64,000 bases of DNA from Waterburya sp. (GCA_965217895.1 CBDCJV010000002.1:3680001-3744000), one strand, 5' to 3'; numbered from the stretch's first letter, positions 50,326 through 61,243 are shown. Notes: generated by a model from the sequence alone, not told the origin. Numbers and translations: made by a program.

Positions 50326-51366
50326 TTATCTTAACTGTAAAGACTTAGGCTGATCGAACATATGAACTGTATCTACAAAACGTGCAGTTTTAGACTGAGA
50401 AGAAATAACTAGGCTTTGAGTTCTAGCACCACCTTTAAAAAAGCGAACGCCATTCATCAACGTGCCAGGTGTAATACCGCAAGCAGCAAACAAAACTGTT
50501 TCGCCATTAGCAAGCTCTTCAGCGGTGTATACTTTATCAGGATCGTTGATGCCCATTTTAGACAATCTAGCTAGATTGCTTTCTTTGCTTTCGCCGATCA
50601 AACCAGTTTTGACTATCGCCGGATCGTAAATTAACTGTCCCTGGAAGTGTCCACCTAAGCAGCGCATTGCAGCAGCCGAAATAACACCTTCAGGAGCAGC
50701 ACCAATACCCATCAAAGCATGAATATTTGAACCAGAGAAGGCACAAGAAATAGCAGCAGATACATCACCATCGGCAATTAACCTTACCCTAGCTCCTGCA
50801 CCACGAATTTCTTTGATCAAATCTTCATGACGAGAACGATCCATGACTACTACTACCAATTCTTCAATGGAGCGACTAAGACAATCAGCCAAGATCTTCA
50901 GATTTTCGGTAGGAGTTTTGTTAATATCTACATGACCTTTGGCTAAAGGAGGTGCTGCTAATTTTCTCATATAGAAATCTGGTGCAGCGAATAATCCACC
51001 TTTCTCGGAAATTGCTAAAACAGCCATAGAGCCATTTTGACCATATGCTACTAGGTTAGTTCCCTCACAGGGGTCAACAGCAATGTCAATCTCGATCAGC
51101 TCATCTGGATTGCAAAAATCCTTAGCATCTTCGCGAGTACAAATACCTACTTCTTCACCAATATAAAGCATGGGAGCATCGTCTCTTTCTCCCTCGCCAA
51201 TTACAATACGACCACGCATATTGATTTTGTTCATGCGTTCACGCATTGCCTCTACTGCTACTTCATCGGCAGTATCCTTTTCCCCTTTGCCCATCCACTT
51301 AGCAGAAGCGACGGCAGCTTGTTCTACTACCTCAATAATTTCTAAACCGAGGGTTGTTTCCAGCAA
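50326..51366 (-). CDS. glpX: Class II fructose-1,6-/sedoheptulose-1,7-bisphosphatase; likely TTG start at 51366
   Basis: [40 protein letters not shown] 7 nt before TTG. Confidence 0.96.
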   Translation of the reverse strand: MLETTLGLEIIEVVEQAAVASAKWMGKGEKDTADEVAVEAMRERMNKINMRGRIVIGEGERDDAPMLYIGEEVGICTREDAKDFCNPDELIEIDIAVDPCEGTNLVAYGQNGSMAVLAISEKGGLFAAPDFYMRKLAAPPLAKGHVDINKTPTENLKILADCLSRSIEELVVVVMDRSRHEDLIKEIRGAGARVRLIADGDVSAAISCAFSGSNIHALMGIGAAPEGVISAAAMRCLGGHFQGQLIYDPAIVKTGLIGESKESNLARLSKMGINDPDKVYTAEELANGETVLFAACGITPGTLMNGVRFFKGGARTQSLVISSQSKTARFVDTVHMFDQPKSLQLR

Positions 51367-51483
51367 GGTTTTTCTCCCTAATTTGCTTGTATTTAAATTT
51401 CTTTTCAAAAGCGATGAAGTTTGGTCTTTGCGAGAAGTAAGGCTTGAGCCGTAACTGATGTCCTCAGTTAAAAGGCTGTCTTG

Positions 51484-51563
51484 GTTCAGTTCTTCAACGG
51501 GGGAAGCCCCGCAACAGACCCAAGCGCAATTCCACTCTCGCGGTGGGGATTTCTCCCCTGAAC
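51484..51563. repeat. GC-rich small dispersed repeat in the glpX upstream region
   Basis: Bounded by gttcag...ctgaac IR, with internal hairpins; gcggggcttcccccgttgaagaactg (minus strand) resembles cyanobacterial dispersed repeats. Confidence 0.5.
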
Positions 51564-52034
51564 AACTTCATCAAGAAGCGATGCTCACTCAAGTCACAGA
51601 TTACCAGAGAGATGTAGCCCTCTAATATTTATTAAGTTTTAATAAGCTCTGACATACAGCGCAGCGTTTATTTAATTATCTTATTATTTTGTAATTAACA
51701 GTTATTAAGATTAACTACTTTTGAAAAGGTAATGAGCTTTTCGCTACTAAGTAGGTATTTTATTATATTTTGGGGCAACTTCTGATTGTGTTTTTAAGCT
51801 TTATGAAGCTTGCTTAAAATGTATCGGGGAGCGATTCTATCCACAATTTTGCTTTGGATGTAGACTCTAAAGTATAAAAAGAAGGCGATCGCGAAGCTAG
51901 TGACCAGCATCGCTTTTATTAATAAAATGTTTAGTTTGCTTACTCAATTGAATATTAAAGGTTACTCTAAAACTATATGCTAACGACTCAAGGCATAGTA
52001 TTTACTTTAGACTAAGCGAAATTTATAGAAGCCG

Positions 52035-52130
52035 ATGACCTCACACGAATTAATGACATTATTCCTTTTACTTAGCCCTGGCATGGCATTATCTGTTTTG
52101 ATCATGTTGACTTTTGCCAAAGGTGGTTAA
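52035..52130 (+). CDS. 31-aa single-TM microprotein, Norf4-like (MTSHELMTLFLLLSPGMALSVLIMLTFAKGG)
   Basis: Translated by hand; below the ORF-track cut-off. Hydrophobic helix with central PG and C-terminal FAKGG, as I recall for cyanobacterial Norf4. Confidence 0.75.
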   Translation: MTSHELMTLFLLLSPGMALSVLIMLTFAKGG

Positions 52131-52296
52131 ACTGCTTACAGGACAAAATGGCGGTCAACTAGTATTTAAAGCTGACTCTATTTGACTCTATTATTTACAA
52201 TTTTTTCTTTAAACAGTGAAGAAGCGATCGCAGCTAGTAGATGTGGGCTTAAATAAAGTAGTCATTTATCTAGCTTGAAACTAGTAGCCAAATCTA

Positions 52297-52321
52297 ACTC
52301 GTTACTCGTTACTCGCTACTT
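52297..52321. repeat. STRR heptamer tract (TTACTCG)
   Basis: actcgttactcgttactcgctact. Confidence 0.75.
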
Positions 52322-52409
52322 AGGCGAAGCAGTACTAGATACCTGCTCTTGTTGAGCATTACCGCTTAGAAAACGCAGAATTCGCAGTATTAAGCAATTG
52401 CGGAGTAAT

Positions 52410-52766
52410 CTAAAGCTCAGGGGGTTCTTTTGTCAAAGAATGGTTAGAAATAGAAGAATCAGATAAGTTTTCTTCCAAATCCATCCTTTTCTCCATCTGG
52501 CACAGAAAATAGCCCGTCATCATTGCCGAAGCTAGCAGGTGCGCCAAATTTTCTCTATCCGTAGTTACCTTAACGTTAAAGTCTCCTGCGGGCAGCACTC
52601 CTACAAGTCCCTGAACATTTTGCGAGATAATCTGTTTGACTTCAGGACTGGCAGATTGGGCAATCTGCGCTAAAACATCAGGATGTTGCTGACGCAAATA
52701 CTGCATCAAGGTATTGTAGTGTTGCTCTTGTGTTTCAGAGTTTAAAAAATCAAAGTTAAATATCAT
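52410..52766 (-). CDS. DUF760-family protein
   Basis: NTLMQYLRQQHP, NVQGLVGVLP, TDRENLAHLLASAMMTGYFL. Confidence 0.9.
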   Translation of the reverse strand: MIFNFDFLNSETQEQHYNTLMQYLRQQHPDVLAQIAQSASPEVKQIISQNVQGLVGVLPAGDFNVKVTTDRENLAHLLASAMMTGYFLCQMEKRMDLEENLSDSSISNHSLTKEPPEL

Positions 52767-52850
52767 TCGTTACCCAAAATGGATTTATCTTGACTCTACT
52801 TTGACACAATTTTGGATGATGTCGCTAGTAAAAAATACGGGAAAAGACAG

Positions 52851-53384
52851 TTAAGATATAGCCATGTCATTGATTTCAAAGTATTGATGGAATTTATTTG
52901 TCACCTCTAACCAGTAGGAGCGACCATCAGCCTGTTCCCTTTTGCGGATAAATCCCAGCCTGACCAATTCCCCCACTTGTTGATAGGCACTGCTGCCCCG
53001 CAAATCGATTAGTTCGGTTTGCAAAATTGGGTTTCTCAAAGCCACCGCTGCTAAAGTTCGCAATGCTCCTTTACCCAATTCTGCTGGCACTAGTTCCTGG
53101 AGCAGATTTTCATATTCTGCTTTTAGCTGTAGACTATAGCCTGCTTCTGTTTCTACAATTTCCAAGGCACTATGGCGATGAGCATAGTCATTCATAAGCT
53201 CAATCAAAGCATCTTCAACCAACTCATGATTAACTGACTTAGATGGTTCTAATCCTTCCTCTGGGGATATGTTATTTGACTTAGGGGCTAAAGGAATCAG
53301 ACAGGTGACTATTTCCTCAATTGAAAGTGGTCTACCTTTGATATAAAAAATTGCTTCAATTTTGGTAGCTAGTTTCATCGCCAA
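52851..53384 (-). CDS. scpB: SMC-Scp complex subunit ScpB
   Basis: KIEAIFY, ALRTLAAVA, PILQTELIDLRGS, VTNKFHQYF. Confidence 0.92.
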   Translation of the reverse strand: MAMKLATKIEAIFYIKGRPLSIEEIVTCLIPLAPKSNNISPEEGLEPSKSVNHELVEDALIELMNDYAHRHSALEIVETEAGYSLQLKAEYENLLQELVPAELGKGALRTLAAVALRNPILQTELIDLRGSSAYQQVGELVRLGFIRKREQADGRSYWLEVTNKFHQYFEINDMAIS

Positions 53385-53405
53385 AGATTGTTATTAAAGA
53401 AGTTT

Positions 53406-54263
53406 TTAGGATGAGCGCGAGGGATGATCTCGGCTAGAGAGCATATCCAATCTCGGTGTTGATTTAAGTTTTGTTAAAGGAAAAAAATGACCTACAGGGC
53501 CATTGCCAGCACCGATATCTAGGGAATATTCCAAAGCAGTTGTAACGTATTGTTTTGCATCAACCACCGCCGACCACAAATCTTGACCCAAAGCTAAATT
53601 GGCACAAATTGCTGCTGAAAGCGTACAGCCTGTGCCGTGAGTGTTATTAGTTTCAATAATTTTTGTTGATAAAGTTTTAAGTTCCTGTCCGTCGTACCAA
53701 ACATCTTTTCCTCGATCGCTGCCCGAAAGCCCTCCACCTTTAGCCAGAACTACTTTTGTTCCCAGACGCTCATAAACGGCGATCGCCGCCTCTTTTAGTT
53801 CGTCTAAAGTATTGACCGTTAGACCGCTTAAGATTTCGGCTTCATAGCGATTAGGTGTAACAATTACAGCTTGAGGTATCAGCAGGTCTTGTAAAGAGGC
53901 GATCGCGCTATCGTCAATCAACTGTACTCCTGTCCGAGAAACCATTACGGGATCGACTACTAGCTGCTGCAAATCTAATCTTTTAACCTGTTGAGCTACC
54001 GCAGCGATAATGTCACGGTTTAACAACATTCCTGTTTTAACCGCATCAACTTTTAAATCTGTAGCTACAGCCTCAATTTGGGCGACAACCATAGCAGGAT
54101 TAATAGCCTCAACCTGAGCCACATCAACCGTATTTTGAGCAGTAACGCAGGTAAGCGCACTAGCACCATGAACACAGTACATGGCAAAAGTCCGTAAATC
54201 TGCCTGAATCCCTGCTCCGCCACTGCTGTCAGAACCAGCAATAGTTAAAGCCGTTTGGATCAT
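53406..54263 (-). CDS. thiD: Hydroxymethylpyrimidine/phosphomethylpyrimidine kinase
   Basis: TIAGSDSSGGAGIQADL, KTGML, VVDPVM, TPNRYE, THGTGCTLS. Confidence 0.96.
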   Translation of the reverse strand: MIQTALTIAGSDSSGGAGIQADLRTFAMYCVHGASALTCVTAQNTVDVAQVEAINPAMVVAQIEAVATDLKVDAVKTGMLLNRDIIAAVAQQVKRLDLQQLVVDPVMVSRTGVQLIDDSAIASLQDLLIPQAVIVTPNRYEAEILSGLTVNTLDELKEAAIAVYERLGTKVVLAKGGGLSGSDRGKDVWYDGQELKTLSTKIIETNNTHGTGCTLSAAICANLALGQDLWSAVVDAKQYVTTALEYSLDIGAGNGPVGHFFPLTKLKSTPRLDMLSSRDHPSRSS

Positions 54264-54279
54264 CTGTTTACCCTATAGT

Positions 54280-55548
54280 TTAATTCTTGGGATAACGTCG
54301 GCGCTGGAGAAAATCAGGAATTTCAATTCGCGAGCGATCGCTTTGCTCGGGTCTATTTCTCTCTGGCTGAGGTGCAGCAGGCATTGTCGGGAAAACACTT
54401 CTTTGTTCTTCTTGAGCCTCTTCTAGGTCTAGATCTTCTCCCGTATCTCCATCAAAACCCGTAGCAATCACGGTAATTCTGACTTCTCCATCCATAGTTT
54501 CATCAATTACCGCACCAAAAATAATGTTGGCATCTTCATCAACCACTTCATAAATGCTATCGGCTGCTGCATTTACTTCATGGAGAGTCAAATCGCAGCC
54601 TCCAGTAATATTGATGACCACACCTTTAGCACCATGAATAGATGCCTCTAATAAAGGCGAAGAAACTGCTGCGATCGCCGCCTCTCTGGCGCGAGATTTA
54701 CCTGAACCCATACCAATTCCCATCAGTGCCGAACCAGCATCAGCCATAATTGCTCTGACATCGGCAAAGTCAACGTTAATCAAACCAGGAATGGTAATAA
54801 TGTCAGAAATACCTTGAACACCTTGTCGCAATACATCATCAGCTACTCCAAAAGCTTCCTGAACTGGAGTCTCTGGAGAAATTACGGACAATAGCTGATT
54901 ATTAGGAATAACAATTAGAGTATCGACTCGACTGCGGAAAGCTTCGATACCTTTTTCCGCCTGTTTAGTGCGTCTTCTGCCTTCAAAAGTAAATGGTCGA
55001 GTTACCACACCTACAGTCAAACAGCCCATTTCTTTAGCTACTTCGGCTGCAATTGGGGCTGCTCCTGTTCCTGTACCGCCTCCCATCCCAGCGGTGATAA
55101 ACACCAAATCTGTGTTTTCTAAAGCATGAGCTAATTCATCTCGCGATTCTTCTGCTGCTTTTTGCCCAATAGCAGGATTTCCTCCCGCACCTAACCCCCT
55201 AGTAATTTTTTGTCCGATTTGCAGTTTCTGAGGAGCTTGAGCGTGGTCTAAAGCCTGAGCATCAGTATTAATTGCCCAAAACTCAATACCCGTAACTTGG
55301 CTGTCAATCATGCGGTTGACAGCATTACAGCCGCCGCCACCTACTCCCATTACTTTAATTTTGGCGACATTGCTAGGCACTATTTTATTACTCCTACTCT
55401 CTTCTCTAGGAATTTGAGAATTATGATTATTTTTAAAAGGTATCCCCATTGGGTGACTCAAAGAATTATTTCCTAAAGCTAAGGGTAACTCAGAATTATA
55501 GTTATTTTCGTTATTGAAGGTACGGACAGTTTTTTTCTCTAAAGACAT
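54280..55548 (-). CDS. ftsZ: Cell division protein FtsZ
   Basis: [28 protein letters not shown]-terminal IPDFL. Confidence 0.99.
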   Translation of the reverse strand: MSLEKKTVRTFNNENNYNSELPLALGNNSLSHPMGIPFKNNHNSQIPREESRSNKIVPSNVAKIKVMGVGGGGCNAVNRMIDSQVTGIEFWAINTDAQALDHAQAPQKLQIGQKITRGLGAGGNPAIGQKAAEESRDELAHALENTDLVFITAGMGGGTGTGAAPIAAEVAKEMGCLTVGVVTRPFTFEGRRRTKQAEKGIEAFRSRVDTLIVIPNNQLLSVISPETPVQEAFGVADDVLRQGVQGISDIITIPGLINVDFADVRAIMADAGSALMGIGMGSGKSRAREAAIAAVSSPLLEASIHGAKGVVINITGGCDLTLHEVNAAADSIYEVVDEDANIIFGAVIDETMDGEVRITVIATGFDGDTGEDLDLEEAQEEQRSVFPTMPAAPQPERNRPEQSDRSRIEIPDFLQRRRYPKN

Positions 55549-55778
55549 GGGCGTAAATCAAAGTTTCCGAGCTTGGTTTTCTTAGTACTTAACTTAACTC
55601 TGCAATTTGGCTCAGTTTATTATCATCTAAAGTAATTTAAACTGCAAAAAATATTAAAGTTTTTGTAATTATTAAACACATAAATTCAATTATCCTCCAA
55701 ATATTTGCTGAATAAGTAATTAAATCAACCAATTGTCTCAGGGAAAATACTTAGTTATCTCCCCAAATATACATAAGA

Positions 55779-56549
55779 CTAGTACCTTTGAATTAAGTCT
55801 AAATTAGGATTACTTAAGTCAATATAGGCGATTTTGCTATTTTCAATATAGTCAGGTAAATTTTGCAGTTTAAGCATTGTTTTGAATTGCCTTTTTAATT
55901 GCGATAAATCAGAACCTAAAAATACTTTTCCTATTTTGGTATGCAAAAGTAAATTTCCTGATTGACTCCACTGTAGCTCTGTAATTTCTAATTCTGGATA
56001 TAGAGATACTAGTTGATATATATTAATCCATTCTTGCTGATACTGAACTTGATAATTTAATACTTTGAGTTTTGGCAAAGCAAAATCTGCACTTATATTG
56101 TCATAAAATTTTTGATCTATCCAGAGACCATTTGTATCCAGAAAACCTACTTTCCCCTGAAATGTAGCTAAAGCTATTGGTACTTTTTCCTGAAGCGAAA
56201 TTATTAATTTGGGCGGTATAATTATTCTATTAATTCTTGCTCCTGCAATTGAAGGGATGGATTCTATTTGTTTAGCTAAATTCAACCCATTGATTTTCCA
56301 AATAAATTGAGGATAAGAAAATTTTAAAGCATTATAAATAAAGCTTCTACTAATTAGCTTCTCTCCATTGATCTCAATTTGGGATTGGTGTTTAATTTGC
56401 CAGTAAGGTAAAGTTGTTAGCAAAAAAATGCTCACAGCACAAAATACTATCAAGCAAGAACGCCAAAGACTCAGACGAGATAGACGAAGCTCCTGAGCTT
56501 TAACCAAAGCTAGCTTATATTTGATTTGTGGTGGAGGAAATGAACTCAT
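55779..56549 (-). CDS. ftsQ: Cell division protein FtsQ/DivIB
   Basis: Single TM, POTRA-like region, C-terminal YIDLSNP; directly upstream of ftsZ. Confidence 0.88.
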   Translation of the reverse strand: MSSFPPPQIKYKLALVKAQELRLSRLSLWRSCLIVFCAVSIFLLTTLPYWQIKHQSQIEINGEKLISRSFIYNALKFSYPQFIWKINGLNLAKQIESIPSIAGARINRIIIPPKLIISLQEKVPIALATFQGKVGFLDTNGLWIDQKFYDNISADFALPKLKVLNYQVQYQQEWINIYQLVSLYPELEITELQWSQSGNLLLHTKIGKVFLGSDLSQLKRQFKTMLKLQNLPDYIENSKIAYIDLSNPNLDLIQRY

Positions 56550-56577
56550 GATCTCAAACTTGATTCAAAAGGGTAAC

Positions 56578-56707
56578 TATAGCGTTTCTCTTATTTACAA
56601 GATGCACCTTGGTTGTGTCTGGTTAAGGGGAAAGGTAAAAGGGGAAAGGTTTTGCGCTTTTTTCCAGAACTTAGCTAATGTACCTCATTGATTTGAGAAT
56701 TGCTATA
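56578..56707. mobile_element. MITE with TATAGC ends (IS630-like) and an internal AAAGGGG tract
   Basis: tatagcgtttctc ... gagaattgctata (11/13 IR). Confidence 0.7.
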
Positions 56708-56831
56708 TTATTTCCTGGTTTAAGAAAGTTTCTATGTAACTCACGTTATATTAACCATGGTGTCTAAAATCTGCTAGTAATGACTCAGTTTTATATTTTA
56801 GTCTGATATTTATCTATAAGAGAAGAAATAA

Positions 56832-56985
56832 CTTGCAAAGCTTCTTTGTGCTGTTACGATTGCGATCGCCAATATAAATTCCGACAATCTCCTTGGTTTC
56901 TATATCTAAAGATAGCCAGACCCAATTGCTTGTTACTGTTGCCTACAAATGACCATATTTGGTTGCACTGAATGACTAATTTTTC
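56832..56985 (-). pseudogene. IS1-family transposase (InsB) remnant
   Basis: KLVIQCNQIWSFVGNSNKQ, then a frameshift, then WVWLSLDIETKEIVGIYIGDRNRNSTKKL; matches the IS1 pattern CDEMWSFV...QWIWLALD...EIVGVYIGDR. Confidence 0.85.
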
Positions 56986-57117
56986 TTGATAGGATTACCA
57001 AATAAAAATGATTGGCGATCGGGGTTCTTTTTCTTCGCTCAACTTTTAACCAATCCAAATCTTCAGAATCCGTTAGCGGTTCAACAAGTCCACGCTAATT
57101 TGGTAAGTATGCTGATG

Positions 57118-57537
57118 TTAAAAATACCAGACTTTTGAGTGACCCCGACGACGACCCATAATTGAGCCAGCATTCAGCTCATTTTCCTTTTCTGTAACCA
57201 ACAAAAGGTATTTACCTTGTTGAAACAACTTCTGGCAAAAACGTCGAGCAATTTGATCTGAGTCAAACAACTTTTCATTAAAATAGCTATAAATAGTTAA
57301 ATCTCCCAACCAATGATGATGCCAGGCATTACGAGCAACTAAAGTAATTTCATTCAGAGAAACTCCTGCTTCTTGTAGTTCTTCAATTGCTACTTTGGCA
57401 TCTCGATGATGGGCGAACACTCCTACTTCATGAGCTATGCCAGCATTATTATTGGTGGGAGAGAAATCATCACTATTGCAAACTTCTCTTTTAACAATGT
57501 TTGAGAATAATACTCTTGGATGTATTAAGGTTTTCAT
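57118..57537 (-). CDS. Hypothetical protein, general-stress-protein-like
   Basis: VGVF....DA..AIEELQEAG....ITLVAR and GKYLLLV motifs. Confidence 0.6.
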   Translation of the reverse strand: MKTLIHPRVLFSNIVKREVCNSDDFSPTNNNAGIAHEVGVFAHHRDAKVAIEELQEAGVSLNEITLVARNAWHHHWLGDLTIYSYFNEKLFDSDQIARRFCQKLFQQGKYLLLVTEKENELNAGSIMGRRRGHSKVWYF

Positions 57538-57627
57538 AATCTTATCTATCTAAGTCCAAACAAAAGCTTTAATACGTTTAGGTTAATAATTTGCTGTGTC
57601 GTTGTCGTGACGCACTTATGACAATTT

Positions 57628-60261
57628 CTAGGTTTTAGTCGTTTGACGATTCCATCGCTGCTTCAATTCATACCATCCCAACAATAAAATTGAAGCACCC
57701 AAAGGCAGAAAATAGTAAATACCCCGATATGCCAAAAGAGATCCTAATAATTGATTAGAAGGAATTGGCGGAGAAAGTAACAAAATTAGAATAGTTTCAA
57801 ATACTCCTAGTCCTCCAGGAACATTACTAATAATTCCGGCAATTTGACCCAAAAGATAAATGCCAAAAAAGCCAAAGAACGAAAAATGTTTAGGTACTGG
57901 CAGTAAAACATAAAGCACCGCAGCAGCAAACATCCAATCTAGTGAAGTTAAGGCTATCTGTGCCAAAGAAAGCTCAAAGGGAAGATGAGGAAATGTCCAA
58001 TTTCTAATTTTTAAAGGCTTTTGGCTTAATCCACTCCAAAATAAGTAGACAATAATAATTGCCAGGAAAACAAACCCAAGAGGACGCACCGACAGAAACG
58101 GTAGATTAAGCTGTTTCGGTATTTCTAAAGGCGTAAGAGCAAACATAGTACCGCCGACGGCAAATAACCCTAGCCAAAAACTAAGGTTACAGAAAGTTAT
58201 TATCTGAGCAATCTTAGCAGCAGAATATCCCCACGCAGAGTAAAATTTATAGCGGATAGCACTACCGCTGAGAAGGGCAAAACCAACGCTATTACTAATT
58301 CCATAGCTAATAACCGCCACCAAAGCAGTTCGTTTATATGCCAGAGATTGATTGATACACTTTACTGCCAGAGTATCGTATCCTGTCAGCAAAAGATAAT
58401 TGACCGTGGTTAAAGCGATCGCCAGTAACAAATACTGATTGGGAATAGCGTTTAGACTATTGAAGACATCCTTTAAACTATACTTGCGTAACTCGGTCGC
58501 GATCGCCCAAAGGGAAAGACCAAAAAGCAAAACGCTAAAAAATATAGGTGCAATGCGACTCAAACTTTTAGAAACACTAGTAACGGAGGTACTTAAAAAC
58601 TGCGTTCCTAAATAGTCCTGGAGGCGATCGCCTGAATCCGCTCTGACCAGTGCCACCACGATTTCTGGCAGTGCTGCAAACTGAGGATAAACTAAATAGC
58701 GCGATTCCCACTGGGGATGAAATTTATCTTTGTATGCCCTTAATCCCTGAAAGTTATAAAATTGATTTAGATGTTGGTAAAGATAGCGCATTCCTCTTTC
58801 CATACGCGAAGAGTGGGCTGTTTCTCCTACTCCCGAAAGTGCGGCTAGACCTAAATTAAAGCTATTGTTACCTTTTTGCTTGAAGTGTTCAAACAGCGAA
58901 ATAAACAAAAAATCCATCGTTCCGTTTTCTATCTCTGGCAAGTGACGCATTAGGTCAATGGTAATTTCGTTACGCTGATACTCAGGTACGATATTAGCGA
59001 AGGCGATCGCATTTCCTTGGAAATCATTAACTACGGCAATTTCGCAGTCTTGGAGATAATTATCGTTAAACCAGCCAACGGAAAACTTTTTCTCTGAACC
59101 CGCCATGTGTGCCAGCCACTCATTGCTAATGACTCTTAACTCTTGCAACAAATCATTAGTAATCGGTGGAGCATAAAATTGAATTGAATAACCTAGCTTT
59201 TTAAACTTGTTAATTGCTGGACGGAGGCTTCTGCCTGCCTTTCCTTGAAGAGTAAAAGTTTTAAGATCGACTGTTGCCTCTTCCCCAATTTTGAGAGTTT
59301 TAAAACCAAGAGACTGATATAGTTCCAAGTCGTCGGCTAAAGTCTGATAGAAAGAGGGTTGCCAGTCATTTTGGGCGCAGAATTGCTTAAAACTGGCGAT
59401 CGCCTCACTGCGGTCTTCTCTTGCACCTATGGGATCTCCCAAAGCGATCGCGCCTCTGCCTTTTGGCACATAGGCAATAACGCTCTGACCTGAAGGACTA
59501 AAGTAATAAGATTTATCATCTAGTAAGGCAAATCGCGCCAGAGATGAACAACCATATTTGGCGACAATTACTTGAGCTTCTTGTCTTTCCCGTGATGTTG
59601 CCTCGTTGTGGAGTAGTACTGGACGCAGCAGCATCCAGAGAGCATAAAGCATCGTTACTGCACCAATAATGTAAATTGAATTAACAAAAAAACGTCCAAA
59701 GCGTGAAGTGGCTTGCAGTCCTAAATTGTCATTGGTAAAGAATATTGCTAGAGTTTGCCTTATAGCTTCACCCAAGCGAAAAGTAGTCGAGTAATGACGA
59801 TCCAACCAGAAAAAGCCCAAAATACCGTAGACCATGGTAAATAATAAAGCAAAGACCAGTACGCGAATCCCCTGAATAATTGAAGGACGATCCGAACGGG
59901 CGGTGAAAACTCGCCCCATCCATAAAAGTTGTCCCAATAATAAAGTAGAGAACAGGCTTTCTTCATAATCCCAACCTTTGATTAAATTACTGATAATCGA
60001 GACAACCAGCAAACCAATTGTCAGCAGCCAGGCCAGGCGTTTACGGCGTAATAAATTAGCTGCCAGAACCAAGAGAAAAAAACCACTAAGAGCTGCGAAT
60101 AGATGCGCTCCTGCCCTAACTTCAAAGGGAAAGATTTGTTCTAACCAGTCTACTCGTTCGGGTAAGCTTGGGGTTACTGCCGAGAGCAAGTTTACTATTC
60201 CCACTGCACCTGTCAGTAAGGCAGTTACCCACAGTCCAATTCGCGTTCTTTGCCTCAGCAT
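57628..60261 (-). CDS. MprF-like aminoacyl-phosphatidylglycerol synthase with a C-terminal flippase-like domain
   Basis: N-terminal TM block, then DUF2156 synthase (DKSYYFS, IALGDPIG, KIGEEA, EKKFSVG, IDLMR, FYNFQGLRAYKDKF), then LPG_synthase_TM (GYDTLA, SGSAIRY, SNVPGGLGVFE, YRGIYY). Confidence 0.9.
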   Translation of the reverse strand: MLRQRTRIGLWVTALLTGAVGIVNLLSAVTPSLPERVDWLEQIFPFEVRAGAHLFAALSGFFLLVLAANLLRRKRLAWLLTIGLLVVSIISNLIKGWDYEESLFSTLLLGQLLWMGRVFTARSDRPSIIQGIRVLVFALLFTMVYGILGFFWLDRHYSTTFRLGEAIRQTLAIFFTNDNLGLQATSRFGRFFVNSIYIIGAVTMLYALWMLLRPVLLHNEATSRERQEAQVIVAKYGCSSLARFALLDDKSYYFSPSGQSVIAYVPKGRGAIALGDPIGAREDRSEAIASFKQFCAQNDWQPSFYQTLADDLELYQSLGFKTLKIGEEATVDLKTFTLQGKAGRSLRPAINKFKKLGYSIQFYAPPITNDLLQELRVISNEWLAHMAGSEKKFSVGWFNDNYLQDCEIAVVNDFQGNAIAFANIVPEYQRNEITIDLMRHLPEIENGTMDFLFISLFEHFKQKGNNSFNLGLAALSGVGETAHSSRMERGMRYLYQHLNQFYNFQGLRAYKDKFHPQWESRYLVYPQFAALPEIVVALVRADSGDRLQDYLGTQFLSTSVTSVSKSLSRIAPIFFSVLLFGLSLWAIATELRKYSLKDVFNSLNAIPNQYLLLAIALTTVNYLLLTGYDTLAVKCINQSLAYKRTALVAVISYGISNSVGFALLSGSAIRYKFYSAWGYSAAKIAQIITFCNLSFWLGLFAVGGTMFALTPLEIPKQLNLPFLSVRPLGFVFLAIIIVYLFWSGLSQKPLKIRNWTFPHLPFELSLAQIALTSLDWMFAAAVLYVLLPVPKHFSFFGFFGIYLLGQIAGIISNVPGGLGVFETILILLLSPPIPSNQLLGSLLAYRGIYYFLPLGASILLLGWYELKQRWNRQTTKT

Positions 60262-60466
60262 ATATGATTATTTAATTCAATACTGTATAGGTTACTATTT
60301 ATGTCTAGGTTTGACCATTTCTAGTTAATTGGCAACATTTAGCTAAATGTCGCAAAAATTCAATATGAGGAGAGAACATGATAAATTATCGTCCCGAAAA
60401 ATTAGCAAAATATGTTTTGGGATAATAATTGTTTTTATCAATAAAACTATCAGATAAATCTTATAT

Positions 60467-61003
60467 ATGTCCGCTTATAAACCAAGTAAAATATCTCAGT
60501 CATCTCGGCGATCGCAAATTACGCCCGAAGAATATCAGCTTATTCAAGACCTGCGCGATCGCTCTCCTGCTCAAAACATTCCTAAGCTATCTCCAACTTT
60601 AGGCGAAAGAGTTGCCGATCGCGTGGCGGCAATAATGGGATCTTGGACGTTTATTATTATACAATCAGTATTATTAGCAGTCTGGGTAACGCTAAATATT
60701 GCTGGCTATATCAAGCATTGAGATCCTTATCCCTTTATTCTCCTGAACCTGATGCTATCATTTCAAGCTGCTTATGCTGCCCCTGTAGTGATGATGAGTC
60801 AAAACCGCCAATCAGCGATCGACCGTCGAGATGCCAAACACGATTACGAAATCAATCTCAAATCAGAGCTAGAAATAGAGCTACTACAGGATAAAATAAA
60901 TCTGCTAAGAGAGTCAGAAATTATTGCTCTCAAAGACATGCTTACACTTCAGCAACAACAATTAGAACGAATTGAAAAATTATTGTCTCAAGAGCGACTT
61001 TAG
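60467..61003 (-). other. No minus-strand feature is supported here; see the plus-strand DUF1003 entry for this interval
   Basis: No ORF or motif recognised on the minus strand. Confidence 0.05.
60467..61003 (+). pseudogene. DUF1003 membrane protein interrupted by an in-frame TGA at 60719-60721
   Basis: ADRVAAIMGSWTFII...IKH*DPYPFILLNLMLSFQAAYAAPVVMMSQNRQ; both ORF pieces share one frame. Confidence 0.88.
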
Positions 61004-61232
61004 TAACCTAAGTTCGGGTTAAGAGGATTGAGGTAAAAGTCAGTCAAGATGAAGACTTGGCTTTAAATAGTTCAGACAGATAGGTCTGCGCCAAGAAATT
61101 TCACGGATTGTTTTGAGCCACTTAGCGTGTTGATTGAACATCAAATCAATAATATGAATAAACGCTTCATAGCAGGAGAAGAAGCCATGACGACTTGTCA
61201 AAAAAGAAATTTTTCTTTAGACAGTTTATAAA
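61003..61232 (+). mobile_element. Possible IS left-end fragment
   Basis: Begins gtaacctaagttcgggttaag (IS-end-like, from recall). AGGAG RBS precedes a 14-codon stub [14 protein letters not shown]. No partner end seen. Confidence 0.3.
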
Positions 61233-61243
61233 GATAGAAAAGG

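Noticed and set aside
51367..51408. Extended N-termini called for glpX (51408), hemA (50092) and cbiB (34545)
   Set aside because: Family similarity begins downstream of these starts, and glpX has an RBS at the later TTG
57005..57115. Possible coding remnant on the minus strand (RGLVEPLTDSEDLDWLKVERRK)
   Set aside because: Too short to assign without BLASTx
60719..60721. Selenocysteine or alternative genetic code at the in-frame TGA
   Set aside because: The position corresponds to Trp rather than Cys, no SECIS-like hairpin is evident, and TGA terminates other genes in the window
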